From an uncultured Acidobacteriota bacterium (GTDB lineage Bacteria; Acidobacteriota; Terriglobia; Acidiferrales; UBA7541): DNA of 64,000 nt. Location of the stretch: positions 115,035 to 179,034 of the forward strand of contig CAVQZU010000130.1 in the NCBI GenBank assembly GCA_963718485.1, given 5' to 3'. Shown in pieces: positions 1 to 9,816 of the stretch (positions within the stretch are counted from its first letter, which is position 1; every line of letters starts with the position of its first letter). The notes below the pieces were generated by a model, which saw nothing but the letters and a program-made list of their open reading frames with translations, had not been told where the DNA came from and did not search any database. Made by a program: the position numbers and the translations under genes.

Positions 1-814
1 CGTTGGCATCGGGCGCCAGCACCCGACTTGACCAATAGGCCTTGTCTCCATATGTCGGCTGGCAGGCGACCATGACCACAGCATCACCGAAGTCCCAGGT
101 ACGGATCCACAGCGCTGGTGCGGATCCTACTTTGGGAGCATTCGGGTTGGCCATCTTGCGCTTGTTCATGCCCGCAATACGGTCCGCTTTGGAAGGAGAG
201 GCGCCGCCGTAGGTACTCACCACTCGCTGGTCAAGACCGTCGGCGACGTGCTTTTCCCAGTTCGCCTGGCTTGACTCTTGTTCCTGCCATTCATCGAGCG
301 CGGCCTTTTCTCCGGTAGTGAGAGGCTTATAGGGAACCGCCTGGCAGGGATTGTTACAAGGGACCTCGTAGGTCGGCTCGACGGTTTGAAAGTCGCGCTT
401 GGGGACCGCGGCGATTTCAGTCATATGCAGCAGCTTCCAGCCCGCAGGCCTCTTCACCCAGAAATGCGCCGAGTAATTGTTCCCCTTATTCCATTGAATC
501 CAGACGACATTCTTACCGTATTTGTGCTCAATGATTTTTGAGTCGCCATCAGCCGACACCAGGGGCTTGAGATTGGCTCGGGCAGCGTCTGATTTGGCCC
601 ACATGATCCCCTCGGAATCAATCCAGCTGAAATCGGGATCGAGCCATTGGTTGGCTGCAACCTTGTCGCCTTTGGCGAGCGCCGCGACAAGCGACTTATC
701 CGATACGGCAACTGCATCATCAGCCGCAAACAACAGCCGACTCCGCAGGATACCGATCAAGACCAGAATCACAGACACTATTACGGCAACTTTAAGATAA
801 GTACGGCTTTTCAT
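1..814 (-). CDS. Exported or membrane-anchored protein with two NTF2-like (DUF4440/SnoaL-type) halves; 3' end runs off the window
   Basis: Absent from the supplied ORF track because there is no stop in the window. My own reverse-strand translation from the ATG at 814-812 is open to position 1: MKSRTYLKVAVIVSVILVLIGIL (hydrophobic N-terminus) ...LDPDFSWIDSEG...HFWVKRPAGWKLLH..., followed by a second similar half. Same fold family as the CDS at 58657 and 61553. Confidence 0.5.
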   Translation of the reverse strand, partial: MKSRTYLKVAVIVSVILVLIGILRSRLLFAADDAVAVSDKSLVAALAKGDKVAANQWLDPDFSWIDSEGIMWAKSDAARANLKPLVSADGDSKIIEHKYGKNVVWIQWNKGNNYSAHFWVKRPAGWKLLHMTEIAAVPKRDFQTVEPTYEVPCNNPCQAVPYKPLTTGEKAALDEWQEQESSQANWEKHVADGLDQRVVSTYGGASPSKADRIAGMNKRKMANPNAPKVGSAPALWIRTWDFGDAVVMVACQPTYGDKAYWSSRVLAPDAN

Positions 815-1084
815 ACTCTGCCCCCGGTCAAGCGTAAGCTGGCCGACGAATTCTACAGCGGCTCCAATATCTTGGCAACAGCATACCGCGCAGCACTACT
901 GGAAGCGAACCCTGCTCAGTACCACCAGTAACAGACGTTAGCTCGGGCGCTCAGGCACCGCTCGGGTGTCTGTGGTCTCCTCAACGGTAACGGAGGAGAA
1001 TCGCACTCGAGGATCGGAGGGAGCAGGCTTTGGCTCTTAGCTTCAACTTCGTGGAAAATGCGCCTGCAAGCATCGGCTCTCGTT

Positions 1085-1408
1085 TCAGCTTTCGGTTGTT
1101 TTCGTTTCCGTGTTTGCGACCAAGGCCTTTTGACATCCGGCAGCGTTCATTAGCGATTCTATTTTCGTCGACACAACATCTATGAACTTGGCAACTACTT
1201 CGGGGTTGTTCATGAATGCAGCAGTGTTCGGAGACATACCCGCCTTGGCTAAGTCGACAGCTAGTTGAATACTCTCGAGAGACAGCCGTTTTGGATTCTC
1301 CACTTGCCTATCCTCCCATTTTTGTGTGGATCGCTGGTGCTCTCCATTTTCTCGCAGTTGGGCGGCGAAGGCCAAGGGGAAGCGGGATGGCGTTTCCGGT
1401 TGGCACAC
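1085..1408 (-). CDS. Hypothetical small protein (doubtful)
   Basis: 107-aa ORF downstream of the tadE-like genes. No recognisable motif and no clear RBS, so the real start may be internal. Confidence 0.2.
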   Translation of the reverse strand: MCQPETPSRFPLAFAAQLRENGEHQRSTQKWEDRQVENPKRLSLESIQLAVDLAKAGMSPNTAAFMNNPEVVAKFIDVVSTKIESLMNAAGCQKALVANTETKTTES

Positions 1409-1481
1409 AAAGCGTCGTGCCGAAAGGCGACACAGACGCGAGGAAGGGTTGCGGCTCGAACTGGAACCGATTTAATTTTGG

Positions 1482-1933
1482 CTACTGCGATATGACCATT
1501 TGAGACGTGCTGGTGATGGTGAGCGGCGGTAGTCGGAGCATCGGAAGATAAGTAAAATGGTATATGAACGTTCACCGTGACAGGACATCCGGGGGCATTC
1601 GACGGTCCAAGGGGGCACCCGCCGGTAGCAGGCCAGGTTCGGTGACAATGAGCGTGGTTGAGCTCTTGTTGATTCCGATTGGTGCAATATCCTGGACGTA
1701 AGTCGTGATCCCCGTTGGATCGATCTGGCAATCAGGTAGCAGTGTGCAAGCCGAACCGCGGACGCTAGCATACCGGGTCGCCTCTTCGCGCCGCATGAGA
1801 AACGAAATGATATGCGTGAGCAACCTGAGCGAAACCAATGACCCCGAATACAAGAGCGAGCAGGATGGTGATCGCGAAAGCAAACTCCACGAGTTCGGTG
1901 CCTCGTTCGTCTCTGGAAGAATGATTCTTCATG
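1482..1933 (-). pseudogene. tadE: TadE-like pilus protein, disrupted by three frame changes
   Basis: From the ATG at 1933-1931, MKNHSSRDERGTELVEFAFAITILLALVFGVIGFAQVAHAYHFVSHAAR (TadE N-terminal motif) runs into a TAG. The sequence continues EATRYASVRGSAC...TTLIVT in the frame of ORF 1572..1883, then WPATGGCPLGPSNAPGCPVTVNV in the frame of ORF 1261..1731. The typical C-terminus YHFTYLPMLRLPPLTITSTSQMVISQ* is back in the second frame. Shifts lie near 1786, 1640 and 1566. Confidence 0.6.
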
Positions 1934-1944
1934 ATACGAGCTTT

Positions 1945-2469
1945 CTATTGTTCCAAACGCATTTTCGCTTGGCCACTCATGGGAACGGAAACCGGTATTC
2001 CTGGCCAAGCGATGATGGGCCTATAGGCTGCACTGGTATTTACTTGAACATAGTCGACGAGATAAATCGGGCTGCTCGATCCACCGGGGCACGTTGGCGG
2101 AGACGCGCAATTCGCTACGGAGGCGGAGCCATCCGAGCACTCACAGCCCCAAGTCGCTACCGGAGGGTCTAGGTTTAGTACGTCGTGAGCATCGTTTTGA
2201 GCCGCAAGTTTCATGCCCGGGACATCCGACGGATTTTTCACTCCGTACTGGGCGCCGGCTCGTGCGGCGTTGGCTACCTCGATGCTCAAATAAAAGGCGC
2301 GGCCGAAGTCGATCGCTCCCAGGGCGAGCAGAACCAGGAAGGGAATCACGATGGCCAATTCTACGAGACTCGAGCCGCGTTGGGATCGAATGCGTTCGCC
2401 GCGCGCACGTCGCACGCGCTCTATGCCTTTGGGAGAGGAGGTCTTTTGCGTTGATAATTTGGATTTCAT
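1945..2469 (-). CDS. tadE: TadE-like Flp pilus assembly protein
   Basis: GSSLVELAIVIPFLVLLALGAIDFGRAF is a TadE N-terminal domain. The ATG at 2469 lies 1 nt after the tadG stop (TAAcATG), which suggests translational coupling. The longer track ORF start at 2490 would overlap tadG. Confidence 0.75.
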   Translation of the reverse strand: MKSKLSTQKTSSPKGIERVRRARGERIRSQRGSSLVELAIVIPFLVLLALGAIDFGRAFYLSIEVANAARAGAQYGVKNPSDVPGMKLAAQNDAHDVLNLDPPVATWGCECSDGSASVANCASPPTCPGGSSSPIYLVDYVQVNTSAAYRPIIAWPGIPVSVPMSGQAKMRLEQ

Positions 2470-2470
2470 G

Positions 2471-3739
2471 TTATTCCACCAGAACTGCACCGCCCTTGAT
2501 AGGCGATCCGTCAGGAAGCGAAGAATAATCGCTGTTGATGGTGAAGCCTATTGTACCCAGGCCGAACGAAATACTCTGCGCATCCAGAATCGTGTAGGGG
2601 GCACCCGTTCCAAAGTCCACTGCGGCGACGAAATTAATCGGAGCATTCGGAAAGTAATAGGCGCCAGTCAAGTTCATGCCCGCGACACTTACACTGAACG
2701 AAGCAGGCTGAGTATTGGCTGGATCCTGGAAGAAAAGAACTCCCTCATAGGCTCCGCTCGTGGGAGCATTTAAGTTCACAGTCTGGCCGAGGAGGGCAAG
2801 GCTCATAGTGATGGCGCCGGCGCTGGAGCCGGTGTTGTAAAAGGTTACGCCGCCGGGTGAACCGGGGTTCACACTAACTGCGCCAGCGCTGATGCTCAAG
2901 CCCCCTGAATTCAAGACATAAGTGCCGGGATTAAAGTATGCGGTTCCGGCTGTAATTGAAATCCCGCCGCAATAAACCCCGGGGTTGAATGTAAACGTGC
3001 CCCCAGTTACTTGGGCTTGTGCCATCGAGCCATTGTAGGTGTTTCCCGCAAGCCCGCTGCCGCACGGTCCGACTGGAGGTGCGGGTAAATAAGCCAAAGG
3101 ATCGGGCGGGCTCGGAACACCAATCGGGATAGGAGCCGGAGTTGTGGCACATAAGAGTCCACCGGAAGAGCCGGCCACACCAATCCGCGATGCAGTTATG
3201 GAGCCAGCGGCACAGCCTAGCGTTCCCTCTACGATCAGACCGCACTTAGGAGCATCAACAGTTCCTACAAGCAGATTCAGTGAGGTAAGGCTATAAACGC
3301 AGTTGATGCTGCCGGTCCTCTTCGCTTCTGCCCTGGCACTCACGGTGGCGGAAGTCACGCCAAAGATGCTGGCGAAGTGAACCGGTTCAGGCTGGGAGAT
3401 GATCACTTCCACGTAATTGTCGTCGCTCGCGTGGGGATCGTGACCTGAAGTTGGAGGATTATTGGCAGTGACAACGACACCCTTTTGGCCATTGGTAAAC
3501 CCGTTCTCACTCGAGGCTGCATCGGCAGCAGTCTGAATCGAAGTTGTGCAACCGGTCCCACAGGAACTTAATTCCAATCCAGCCGAGAGGGCGGCGGCAT
3601 CGGCGGCGGACTGAATCTGGCGCCGCACGTAGCGAAGGTAGCCCATATCAATCGCGAGCCCCATCACACCGATCAGGACAACCAGGCCCAAGGCGACGAG
3701 CACAAGAATCTGTCCTTCCTGCTTCTTTTTTCGTCTCAT
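2471..3739 (-). CDS. tadG: TadG-like Flp pilus assembly protein
   Basis: N-terminus MRRKKKQEGQILVLVALGLVVLIGVMGLAIDMGYLRYVRRQIQSAADAAALSAG matches the TadG/Tad_N pseudopilin-like signature. It is followed by a long Gly/Ser/Thr-rich beta-type region. Its position directly upstream of the tadE genes fits. Confidence 0.75.
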   Translation of the reverse strand: MRRKKKQEGQILVLVALGLVVLIGVMGLAIDMGYLRYVRRQIQSAADAAALSAGLELSSCGTGCTTSIQTAADAASSENGFTNGQKGVVVTANNPPTSGHDPHASDDNYVEVIISQPEPVHFASIFGVTSATVSARAEAKRTGSINCVYSLTSLNLLVGTVDAPKCGLIVEGTLGCAAGSITASRIGVAGSSGGLLCATTPAPIPIGVPSPPDPLAYLPAPPVGPCGSGLAGNTYNGSMAQAQVTGGTFTFNPGVYCGGISITAGTAYFNPGTYVLNSGGLSISAGAVSVNPGSPGGVTFYNTGSSAGAITMSLALLGQTVNLNAPTSGAYEGVLFFQDPANTQPASFSVSVAGMNLTGAYYFPNAPINFVAAVDFGTGAPYTILDAQSISFGLGTIGFTINSDYSSLPDGSPIKGGAVLVE

Positions 3740-4277
3740 CGGATGTTCTTCGACCTTTCCCTGTTTGCCGAGACGCCGACACAGGATGCTTTCGCGTCGA
3801 ACCTGCGTGTCCCTTCAGTCGTCGGCAAGTCGAGGTCTGTGGAGATGATTCCTTTACAAGACGCAGGGAGAATCAGGGTGTCAACAAATAGATACACACC
3901 CGTATGGCAGCATCTTTTGAGCTGCTCGATTCTGCCGATTCCCATTGCCGCTAAAAGACTAACTTACCTCGAGAAATTAATTAACGCCCCCGAAAACATC
4001 CTGGCCTGCAGCGGCTCACTTCCCTCCCCCGCAATTCAGATACCCAAATCTAGCACCTTTCGCCCCTCGTCCAACCCCAACACGCCGAACTCCCAACAGG
4101 ACGCGGTTAAGACTCACGCAAGCCAACCAGGAGACTGCCATCGCCTTCGCTAAGCCGCGTGGGCGACTCTGGCACAAGACAGAAGTCAATTGCGGCTTTC
4201 ATGCACCCCTTTGCACATAGGAATGTCCCATGCAATCTAAGTATTTCTGATTCAGCGACATACATTCTGGCCTGGGA

Positions 4278-4292
4278 TGGCATCCTGCGTGC
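4278..4292 (+). promoter_or_regulatory. Candidate sigma-54 (-24/-12) promoter upstream of the PEP-CTERM gene
   Basis: TGGCATcctgcGTGC versus the consensus TGGCAC-N5-TTGC. GG-N10-GC spacing is correct, with two mismatches. It lies about 52 nt upstream of the GTG at 4344. Matches of this quality are expected by chance, so this is tentative. Confidence 0.25.
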
Positions 4293-4343
4293 CCGAAAAG
4301 GGCTCGTAATCAGACTCAATACGAATCTGCAGGAGGATCCAGA

Positions 4344-4949
4344 GTGTTCACCCAGCTCAAGATTCGACAGTTGGTCGCGATCGGTTTTGCGATGTTTTTT
4401 CTCTTTTGCAGTGGGGTAGCCCACGCTGATTCGTTGTTCAATGGCTCCTACGCTGTGGGGAATTGGACTACAACCTTAACCAACTCGGACGGCAGCGTAA
4501 ATACGTCGCTCGCACCCACCTCCGTTACCCTGACTGGTGGGAACAATGGGAGCTTCAAGCCCGGTGAAACTCTGTTTTCCATAACCGCACCAACAACCGC
4601 GGCCCTCTCGTTCAACTGGATCTACTCAACGCTCGACTGCTGTGGTTCTTTTTACGATCCGGCAGGTTACGAGATCGACGGAACGAAGTATCAGCTCTCG
4701 ACAGATAGCTTCGTCCAAGGGTTGGGGGGTAGTGGCGCGACGACGGTCAATCTCACGGCCGGCGACACGTTTGGTTTCTATGTCGACACAGTTGATAACG
4801 TTGCGGGTCCAGGTATCTTGCAAGTCTCAGGGGCGACATCAACATCAACGCCAGAGCCATCAACTTTCGTCCTGCTCGCCGTCGGATTGCTAGGACTGGT
4901 TGGTTTGTTCAGGCAGCGATCACGCAATTCCACGTGCCAACTCACCTAG
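4344..4949 (+). CDS. PEP-CTERM sorting-domain secreted protein
   Basis: Signal peptide (...FFLFCSGVAHA) and a C-terminal TPEPSTFVLLAVGLLGLVGLFRQRSR, i.e. a PEP motif plus TM helix plus Arg cluster. GGAGGA RBS 6 nt before the GTG start. Confidence 0.8.
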   Translation: MFTQLKIRQLVAIGFAMFFLFCSGVAHADSLFNGSYAVGNWTTTLTNSDGSVNTSLAPTSVTLTGGNNGSFKPGETLFSITAPTTAALSFNWIYSTLDCCGSFYDPAGYEIDGTKYQLSTDSFVQGLGGSGATTVNLTAGDTFGFYVDTVDNVAGPGILQVSGATSTSTPEPSTFVLLAVGLLGLVGLFRQRSRNSTCQLT

Positions 4950-4982
4950 GCGCAGGCAAAGCCCGATCAATGTGATAAATCC

Positions 4983-5019
4983 GGCCTCTGCGTTCCGCGC
5001 GGAGGCCGTTTTGTTTTTT
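4983..5019 (+). terminator. Rho-independent terminator of the PEP-CTERM gene
   Basis: GGCCTC tgcgttccgcgcg GAGGCC hairpin followed by gTTTTgTTTTTT. Confidence 0.6.
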
Positions 5020-5032
5020 CGGGACTAACCCG

Positions 5033-5893
5033 TTATGGGTCCTTATGAGAATCTTGTCCCCGTTGTATACGAGTTCGGGCGGCTTTCAGACCGACAGCTC
5101 GGACGAGCTGATTGAGGGCGCCGATAACCCGTAGGGTAGAGGGTGTTGACTTGAGGCCGGACGTGGCTGAAGGCGGCGGTCGCCAGAAAAAGGCTGCGGC
5201 AACCCAGCTGTGAGTGCCGCGTAAATGCCTTCGAAGACCCTCAGAAAGACCACGCAGATCGAATCCCTTGCGGCCGCAGTCGATAGCAACTGGATGCGGA
5301 AGTTTCTCCACCAACCCTTGGGCTCTCAATTTAGACAGATCGCAGCACAATGGGAAGAGCGGGTACTCCTGGATGGACAGCCCACGGCCTCGGCAGTTTT
5401 GCGGGTGTAGTTCCGGGGTTGTGAAAGTGCTCCCCAATGCGATGTCGGAGAAGCGCACGAGCGCGCGCGTCAAGGCCAGCTGACGAGGATGATCGAGCCT
5501 CAAACCAGGAATGCGTTTGCGTTGGGGTACACGGTGGGTTGGCTGAGTTTTCCTACCTGACGCGATCGATAAAGCTTTCCAGGATGTTTCACTGAAGGTT
5601 CAAGTAATCGTCGACAATCAAGGAAACTGTCGGAGTTGCGGAAGATTGCCGATGGCCTTGTTCATCGCATAGTCGGCAGCGTTCTTGGTGGCCGGTTCGG
5701 AGAAGGACGTGATCCCGAACGTATTGTTTGATGAAGCCGGTGCCATAGTGGCTGCGGATGACGGGATTGGGAAGATACAGAATCCTCCATCACTGTCTGA
5801 CAGCTTTCCTCGAAGCGGGGGAGTGATTTTCCGGCCAAAGGTCAGGGTGATCCTTTGCACTGACCGATGGTGCGGTTGGCATGCAGAAGTCGC
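5033..5893 (-). pseudogene. Heavily decayed copy of a conserved (often multi-copy) hypothetical-protein family
   Basis: Reverse-strand translation hops between all three frames. The pieces are ILYLPNPVIRSHYGTGFIKQYVRDHVLLRT / EPATKNAADYAMNKAIGNLPQLRQ / RLDHPRQLALTRALVRFSDIALGSTFTTPEL...LSKLRAQGLVEKLPH / ICVVFLRVFEGIYAALTAGLPQPFSGD / STLRVIGALNQLVRAVGLKAA. I recognise the family pattern (winged-helix-like YDLRKLRxxGLxExxP motif) but cannot name it. No DDE or transposase motif was seen. Confidence 0.5.
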
Positions 5894-6328
5894 CTAGTCA
5901 GCCACGGAAGCCGATGCCTGTTTAATTTCGGGTTCTAGCTGCGGTACGTCGAGCGGGGAGATCTCAAACCGGTCCCCGATCTGTGTGCCGGAGCGATAGA
6001 TGGTATGAGTAGGGAGTTCGAGAACGCTACTGGCTTTAAGTGACACTTTCGAAATTCGGAAAGGGCGAACGTGCTCTTCCAAATGCACGACCTCTTTTTG
6101 CTTGTTCAGGAAAATCAGATCGATCGGAAACAGCATGCCGATCGTGTGAACGCCGCGCGAGGGGACGATCCAAAGGCCTGTACCCAAACGAGCCCAGCGC
6201 TCCGTCTTGCCGAGCAGTCCGACCAGACGACACAAGTAATTATCGGCCACGATGGCCTGGGTGGCCACAAAAGTCTCCCGCGTTTTGTTATATATGCAGA
6301 CTGCGCGCTTTTGATCAAGCTTGATCAT
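5894..6328 (-). CDS. DUF192 domain protein
   Basis: ...RLVGLLGKTERWARLGTGLWIVPSRGVHTIGMLFPIDLIFLNKQKEVVHLEEHVRPF... is typical of DUF192/COG1430. The ATG at 6328 has a GAGGA RBS; the track start at 6337 is TTG. Confidence 0.7.
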   Translation of the reverse strand: MIKLDQKRAVCIYNKTRETFVATQAIVADNYLCRLVGLLGKTERWARLGTGLWIVPSRGVHTIGMLFPIDLIFLNKQKEVVHLEEHVRPFRISKVSLKASSVLELPTHTIYRSGTQIGDRFEISPLDVPQLEPEIKQASASVAD

Positions 6329-6369
6329 CGTCCTCAAAAACCCATTAGAACAACCGCTTCGCTTGCGTC

Positions 6370-6465
6370 CTACTCAATCGCCTTTCCACGCCGTCGCCAA
6401 ATGATGATGAACAATACCACTACGGCTAGAACACCCGCTATAATGCGAATCGTTGTAACGTCCAT
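6370..6465 (-). CDS. Candidate 31-aa single-TM micro-protein between tadC and DUF192
   Basis: Too short for the ORF track. AAGGAGcaatagaaATG precedes MDVTTIRIIAGVLAVVVLFIIIWRRRGKAIE*, i.e. a strong RBS, one hydrophobic helix and a basic tail. Confidence 0.4.
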   Translation of the reverse strand: MDVTTIRIIAGVLAVVVLFIIIWRRRGKAIE

Positions 6466-6528
6466 TTCTATTGCTCCTTTTGCATTCGTGATCGACTAAC
6501 TGCTTCCATCTCCTCACGGGCTGCCATT

Positions 6529-7437
6529 TCAGCGCAGAAATTGCTTCATCAGAGCAATGACCGCAGGGCCCAGAACTACTACCAGGAGAGCTGGGAAAAC
6601 AAAGAATACGAGCGGCGGTACCATCTTTACAGTCGTCTTAGCGCTCATCTCCTCCGCTCGCTGCCTCCGGCGCGTCCGCAGATCGTCGGAAAATACGCGC
6701 AGCGATTGAGCGATGCTCGTTCCGAAGCGCTCGGTCTGGATCAGCATCGCGACCAACGATTTGAGCTCATCCAGTCCTGTGCGGCGAGCAAGCTCTCGGA
6801 GCGCGTCGATCCGTGCTTTTCCGACGCGCATTTCGAGATTCACTATCTGTAACTCCTCGCTCAATTCTGCATGTACAATTCGCAATTCCTGCGCGACCCG
6901 AAGCAGCGATTGATCGAGGCCCAGTCCGACCTCGACGCAAATAACGAGCAAGTCGAGACCGTCAGGAAGAGCAAGGCGCAAGCGATGCTGCCGTCGCTTG
7001 ATCTTCCAGTGCAGCCACATTTCTGGAAGCATGTATCCAAGAACCAGGGCGAAAAGCAGAATAAAGAATGGATTTGAGCGGTAGGCTCCGGTGGCAAGCA
7101 CTGCGATGACAAGCACGATAGGAGTCAAAATCCTCATGCCCTGGATGGCCAGGACTGCTTCCGGGCCTCGATAACCGGCTCGCAACATCATGATTTGGCC
7201 TCGCGTGGCTCGCGCCCCAGCCGCAACGGGTAGCAGGGATCCCACTTTCGCAAGTAGGTCGCGCGCCCTTTCCTTGTGCTTTTCCGCGAATTTTCCTTCG
7301 GGCGCCCGGGCGGTTGGATTTTTAAGTTGTTCAAGCCTCTCGGCGACGCCTGTTTCGGCAGGAGTAAATGCGTAAACCAGGGCGAACAAAATCACCGCCG
7401 TGGCGAGGAATGTAATAGCGGGTAGAGTCGAGAACAT
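6529..7437 (-). CDS. tadC: TadC (type II secretion system F-family inner-membrane platform protein)
   Basis: 302 aa with a T2SS-F-like topology. The motif LPDGLDLLVICVEVGLGLDQSL...ELQIVNLEMRVGKARIDALRELARRTGLDELKSL fits, as does the position after tadB. Confidence 0.8.
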   Translation of the reverse strand: MFSTLPAITFLATAVILFALVYAFTPAETGVAERLEQLKNPTARAPEGKFAEKHKERARDLLAKVGSLLPVAAGARATRGQIMMLRAGYRGPEAVLAIQGMRILTPIVLVIAVLATGAYRSNPFFILLFALVLGYMLPEMWLHWKIKRRQHRLRLALPDGLDLLVICVEVGLGLDQSLLRVAQELRIVHAELSEELQIVNLEMRVGKARIDALRELARRTGLDELKSLVAMLIQTERFGTSIAQSLRVFSDDLRTRRRQRAEEMSAKTTVKMVPPLVFFVFPALLVVVLGPAVIALMKQFLR

Positions 7438-7458
7438 TTTCTTCCGTTTCCCTTCTCT

Positions 7459-8426
7459 TCAAACTTCGATATGCACGATCTTCCAGAGGACTCCGGCACC
7501 CATTACTTGCAGAATGCCCGCAACCGTGAGCATCTTCAGTCCCAGCGGATCCTCAAACAAAACGTTCACGTAACTAGGATTCACAATTCTCATCAAGATC
7601 AACAATCCAATCGGCAACAAAATCAAAATCAACGCGGTTAGCCGGCCCTGTGCGGTCTTGATTTGTACTTCTCTATGGATTCGGAAACGTTCGCGGATCA
7701 CGCGGGACAATTCGTCGAGTATCTCCGCCAAATTTCCACCGGTGTCCTTCTGGATCATGAGAGCCGTAATAAAGAATTGCACATCGACCAGAGGAACACG
7801 GGAAGCCAATTAGAGAGCGCGTCGCGCAGAGGCAATCCAAAATTTTGCTCCTCAAAGGCTGTGCGAAACTCAGTTGCAACAGGTTCCGGCGATTCCTTCG
7901 AGACCATTTCCAATCCTGAGATAAATGCATGACCGCACGCACGGCACGTCCCAGCAAATCCAATGCTTCGGGAAAGCGCTGCTCGAATTGACTTAATCTT
8001 CGACTGCGTTTGGTATAGACCACCAGCATCGGAACAGCTTGCGCCGGCCAACGCTGCGATCAATCCCACGATGAATTGGCCATAGAAAAGCCCGGCCACC
8101 AGATATACGGACAGGCCGCTGACCCCACAAAACAAAAGGATCTTGCCAGGCTTTGTGGTCATCCCTGCTTGGGTGACTGCGTCTTGCAATTTCGCGGTCC
8201 AAGTCAGGTGCGTCATGATACGGTTCAGCAACGGCACACTGCTCATCATGTCGTCGCGAACCAACTGAAGATCCGTCACCCCTCTTCCCAGCCGTTCGGC
8301 TCTATGCACCGCCGCCATCCGCTCTCGAACAACTTCGGGATTAGTCCCGCTTCCCCAAATCATCCAGAACACGCCGAAAACGATTCCGGTGATCAGCAAA
8401 GCGAGCAGGGCGGTCAGAAATAGCAC
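7459..8426 (-). pseudogene. tadB: TadB platform protein, disrupted by three frame changes
   Basis: Frame 1 (ORF 7755..8450) carries the N-terminus up to ...IAALAGA. The family-typical LVVYTKRSRRLSQFEQRFPEALDLLGRAVRA is in ORF 7673..8029. GHAFISGLEMVSKESPEPVATEFRTAFEEQNFGLPLRDALSN is back in frame 1. ASRVPLVDVQFFITALMIQKDTGGNLAEILDELSRVIRERF... is in ORF 7459..7809. Shifts lie near 8030-8045, 7933 and 7805-7815. The likely start is the GTG at 8426 after AAGGAG. Confidence 0.75.
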
Positions 8427-8514
8427 GTCACTCTCCTTTTCCCCGCCCAAGCCTGGGCGGTAAGTGGCAGTTGCGTCCGAATTTTCATTCTCCCCGACAT
8501 CCTGTGCAGGACCG

Positions 8515-9810
8515 TCAGCGCCGGCGCGGAAGCTCGAACATAGAACCCGGCAGCTCGATACCGGTCACCAGGAGGCGATCGCTGAACTTGGGCCGAATAC
8601 CTGTCGCGACAAATTCGCCGATCACCTCTCCATTTTCGCGGATGCCGCGCTTGTCGAAGACAAAAATGTCTTGCATGGCCACAACATCCCCTTCCATCCC
8701 CATAATCTCGGCAACGTTTGTGATCTTGCGCGTGCCATCACTTAACCGGCTGACCTGGACCACCAGGTTGATAGCCGAGGAAATCTGCCTGCGGCAAACA
8801 GTATCGGGAATATTTAGATTGGCCATCGCAATCATCGTTTCCAAGCGGCTGAGCGCGTCGCGAGGGGAGTTGGCGTGTATCGTGGTCAGTGAGCCATCAT
8901 GTCCCGTATTCATTGCCTGCAACATATCCAACGCCTCGTCGCTCCGGACCTCACCCACGATGATCCGATCGGGGCGCATACGAAGAGAGTTGATCAGTAA
9001 CTGGCGCTGCTGAACGGCCCCCTTTCCCTCTATGTTGGGAGGGCGCGTTTCGAGCCGGACGACGTGCTCCTGCTTGAGTTGCAACTCGGCAGCATCCTCG
9101 ATAGTTACGATTCGCTCCCGATTGGAAATATAGGAGGAAAGCACATTGAGAAAAGTCGTTTTGCCAGCACCTGTGCCTCCTGAAATGAGGATGTTGAGGC
9201 GCGCCTTCACGCAGCCTTGCAATAATTCCAGCATTGCCGGCGTCAGAGTGTCGTTGCTGAGCAGATCCTCGGCGGTCAACGGATCGCGGCCAAAACGCCG
9301 GATCGATAGACACGGCCCATCGATTGCCAGCGGCGGAATGATGGCATTCACGCGCGACCCATCCGCAAGCCTGGCGTCCACCATAGGCGACGATTCGTCC
9401 ACGCGGCGGCCGATCGCAGATACGATCCGATCGATAATGCTCATCAAGTGGGCGTCGTCTCTAAATTGAATCGATGTGGATTCCAAAATTCCGCTCCGTT
9501 CCACGTACACATGCCGGAACGTGTTCACCAGAATATCGGAGACCGTGGGATCGTTGAGAAGCGGTTCGAGAGGTCCGAGTCCAAATACTTCGTCGAGAAC
9601 TTCCTGGGCGAGTCTCTCCCGCTCCTGCAAATTCATGGGAGTCGATTCGCCGACCACCAAGGCTTCCAGTATTTGCGTGACTTCGCGGCGCACTTCTTCC
9701 CGCTTGACTTCGCTGAGCCGGTCAAGATTCAGTTTCTGAATCAACCGGCGGTGAATCGCGGTCTTGACTGCGCCGAAATCAGTGCGCCCGGAAATGTGAC
9801 TTGGGGGCAT
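8515..9810 (-). CDS. cpaF: CpaF/TadA secretion ATPase
   Basis: Walker [15 protein letters not shown] and the VirB11/GspE-type boxes ([24 protein letters not shown]). AGGAG RBS. Confidence 0.9.
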   Translation of the reverse strand: MPPSHISGRTDFGAVKTAIHRRLIQKLNLDRLSEVKREEVRREVTQILEALVVGESTPMNLQERERLAQEVLDEVFGLGPLEPLLNDPTVSDILVNTFRHVYVERSGILESTSIQFRDDAHLMSIIDRIVSAIGRRVDESSPMVDARLADGSRVNAIIPPLAIDGPCLSIRRFGRDPLTAEDLLSNDTLTPAMLELLQGCVKARLNILISGGTGAGKTTFLNVLSSYISNRERIVTIEDAAELQLKQEHVVRLETRPPNIEGKGAVQQRQLLINSLRMRPDRIIVGEVRSDEALDMLQAMNTGHDGSLTTIHANSPRDALSRLETMIAMANLNIPDTVCRRQISSAINLVVQVSRLSDGTRKITNVAEIMGMEGDVVAMQDIFVFDKRGIRENGEVIGEFVATGIRPKFSDRLLVTGIELPGSMFELPRRR

Positions 9811-9816
9811 GAGCTC

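Noticed and set aside
3743-4153. The 136-aa plus-strand ORF in the tadG / PEP-CTERM divergent intergenic region.
   Set aside because: There is no RBS, the composition is Ser/Pro-rich and non-coding in character, and no family is recognisable. The region more likely holds the divergent promoters; TTGACA occurs on the reverse strand at 3879-3884.
4170-4193. A perfect TGGCAC followed by TTGC upstream of the PEP-CTERM gene.
   Set aside because: The spacer is 14 nt instead of 5, so it cannot be a -24/-12 promoter.
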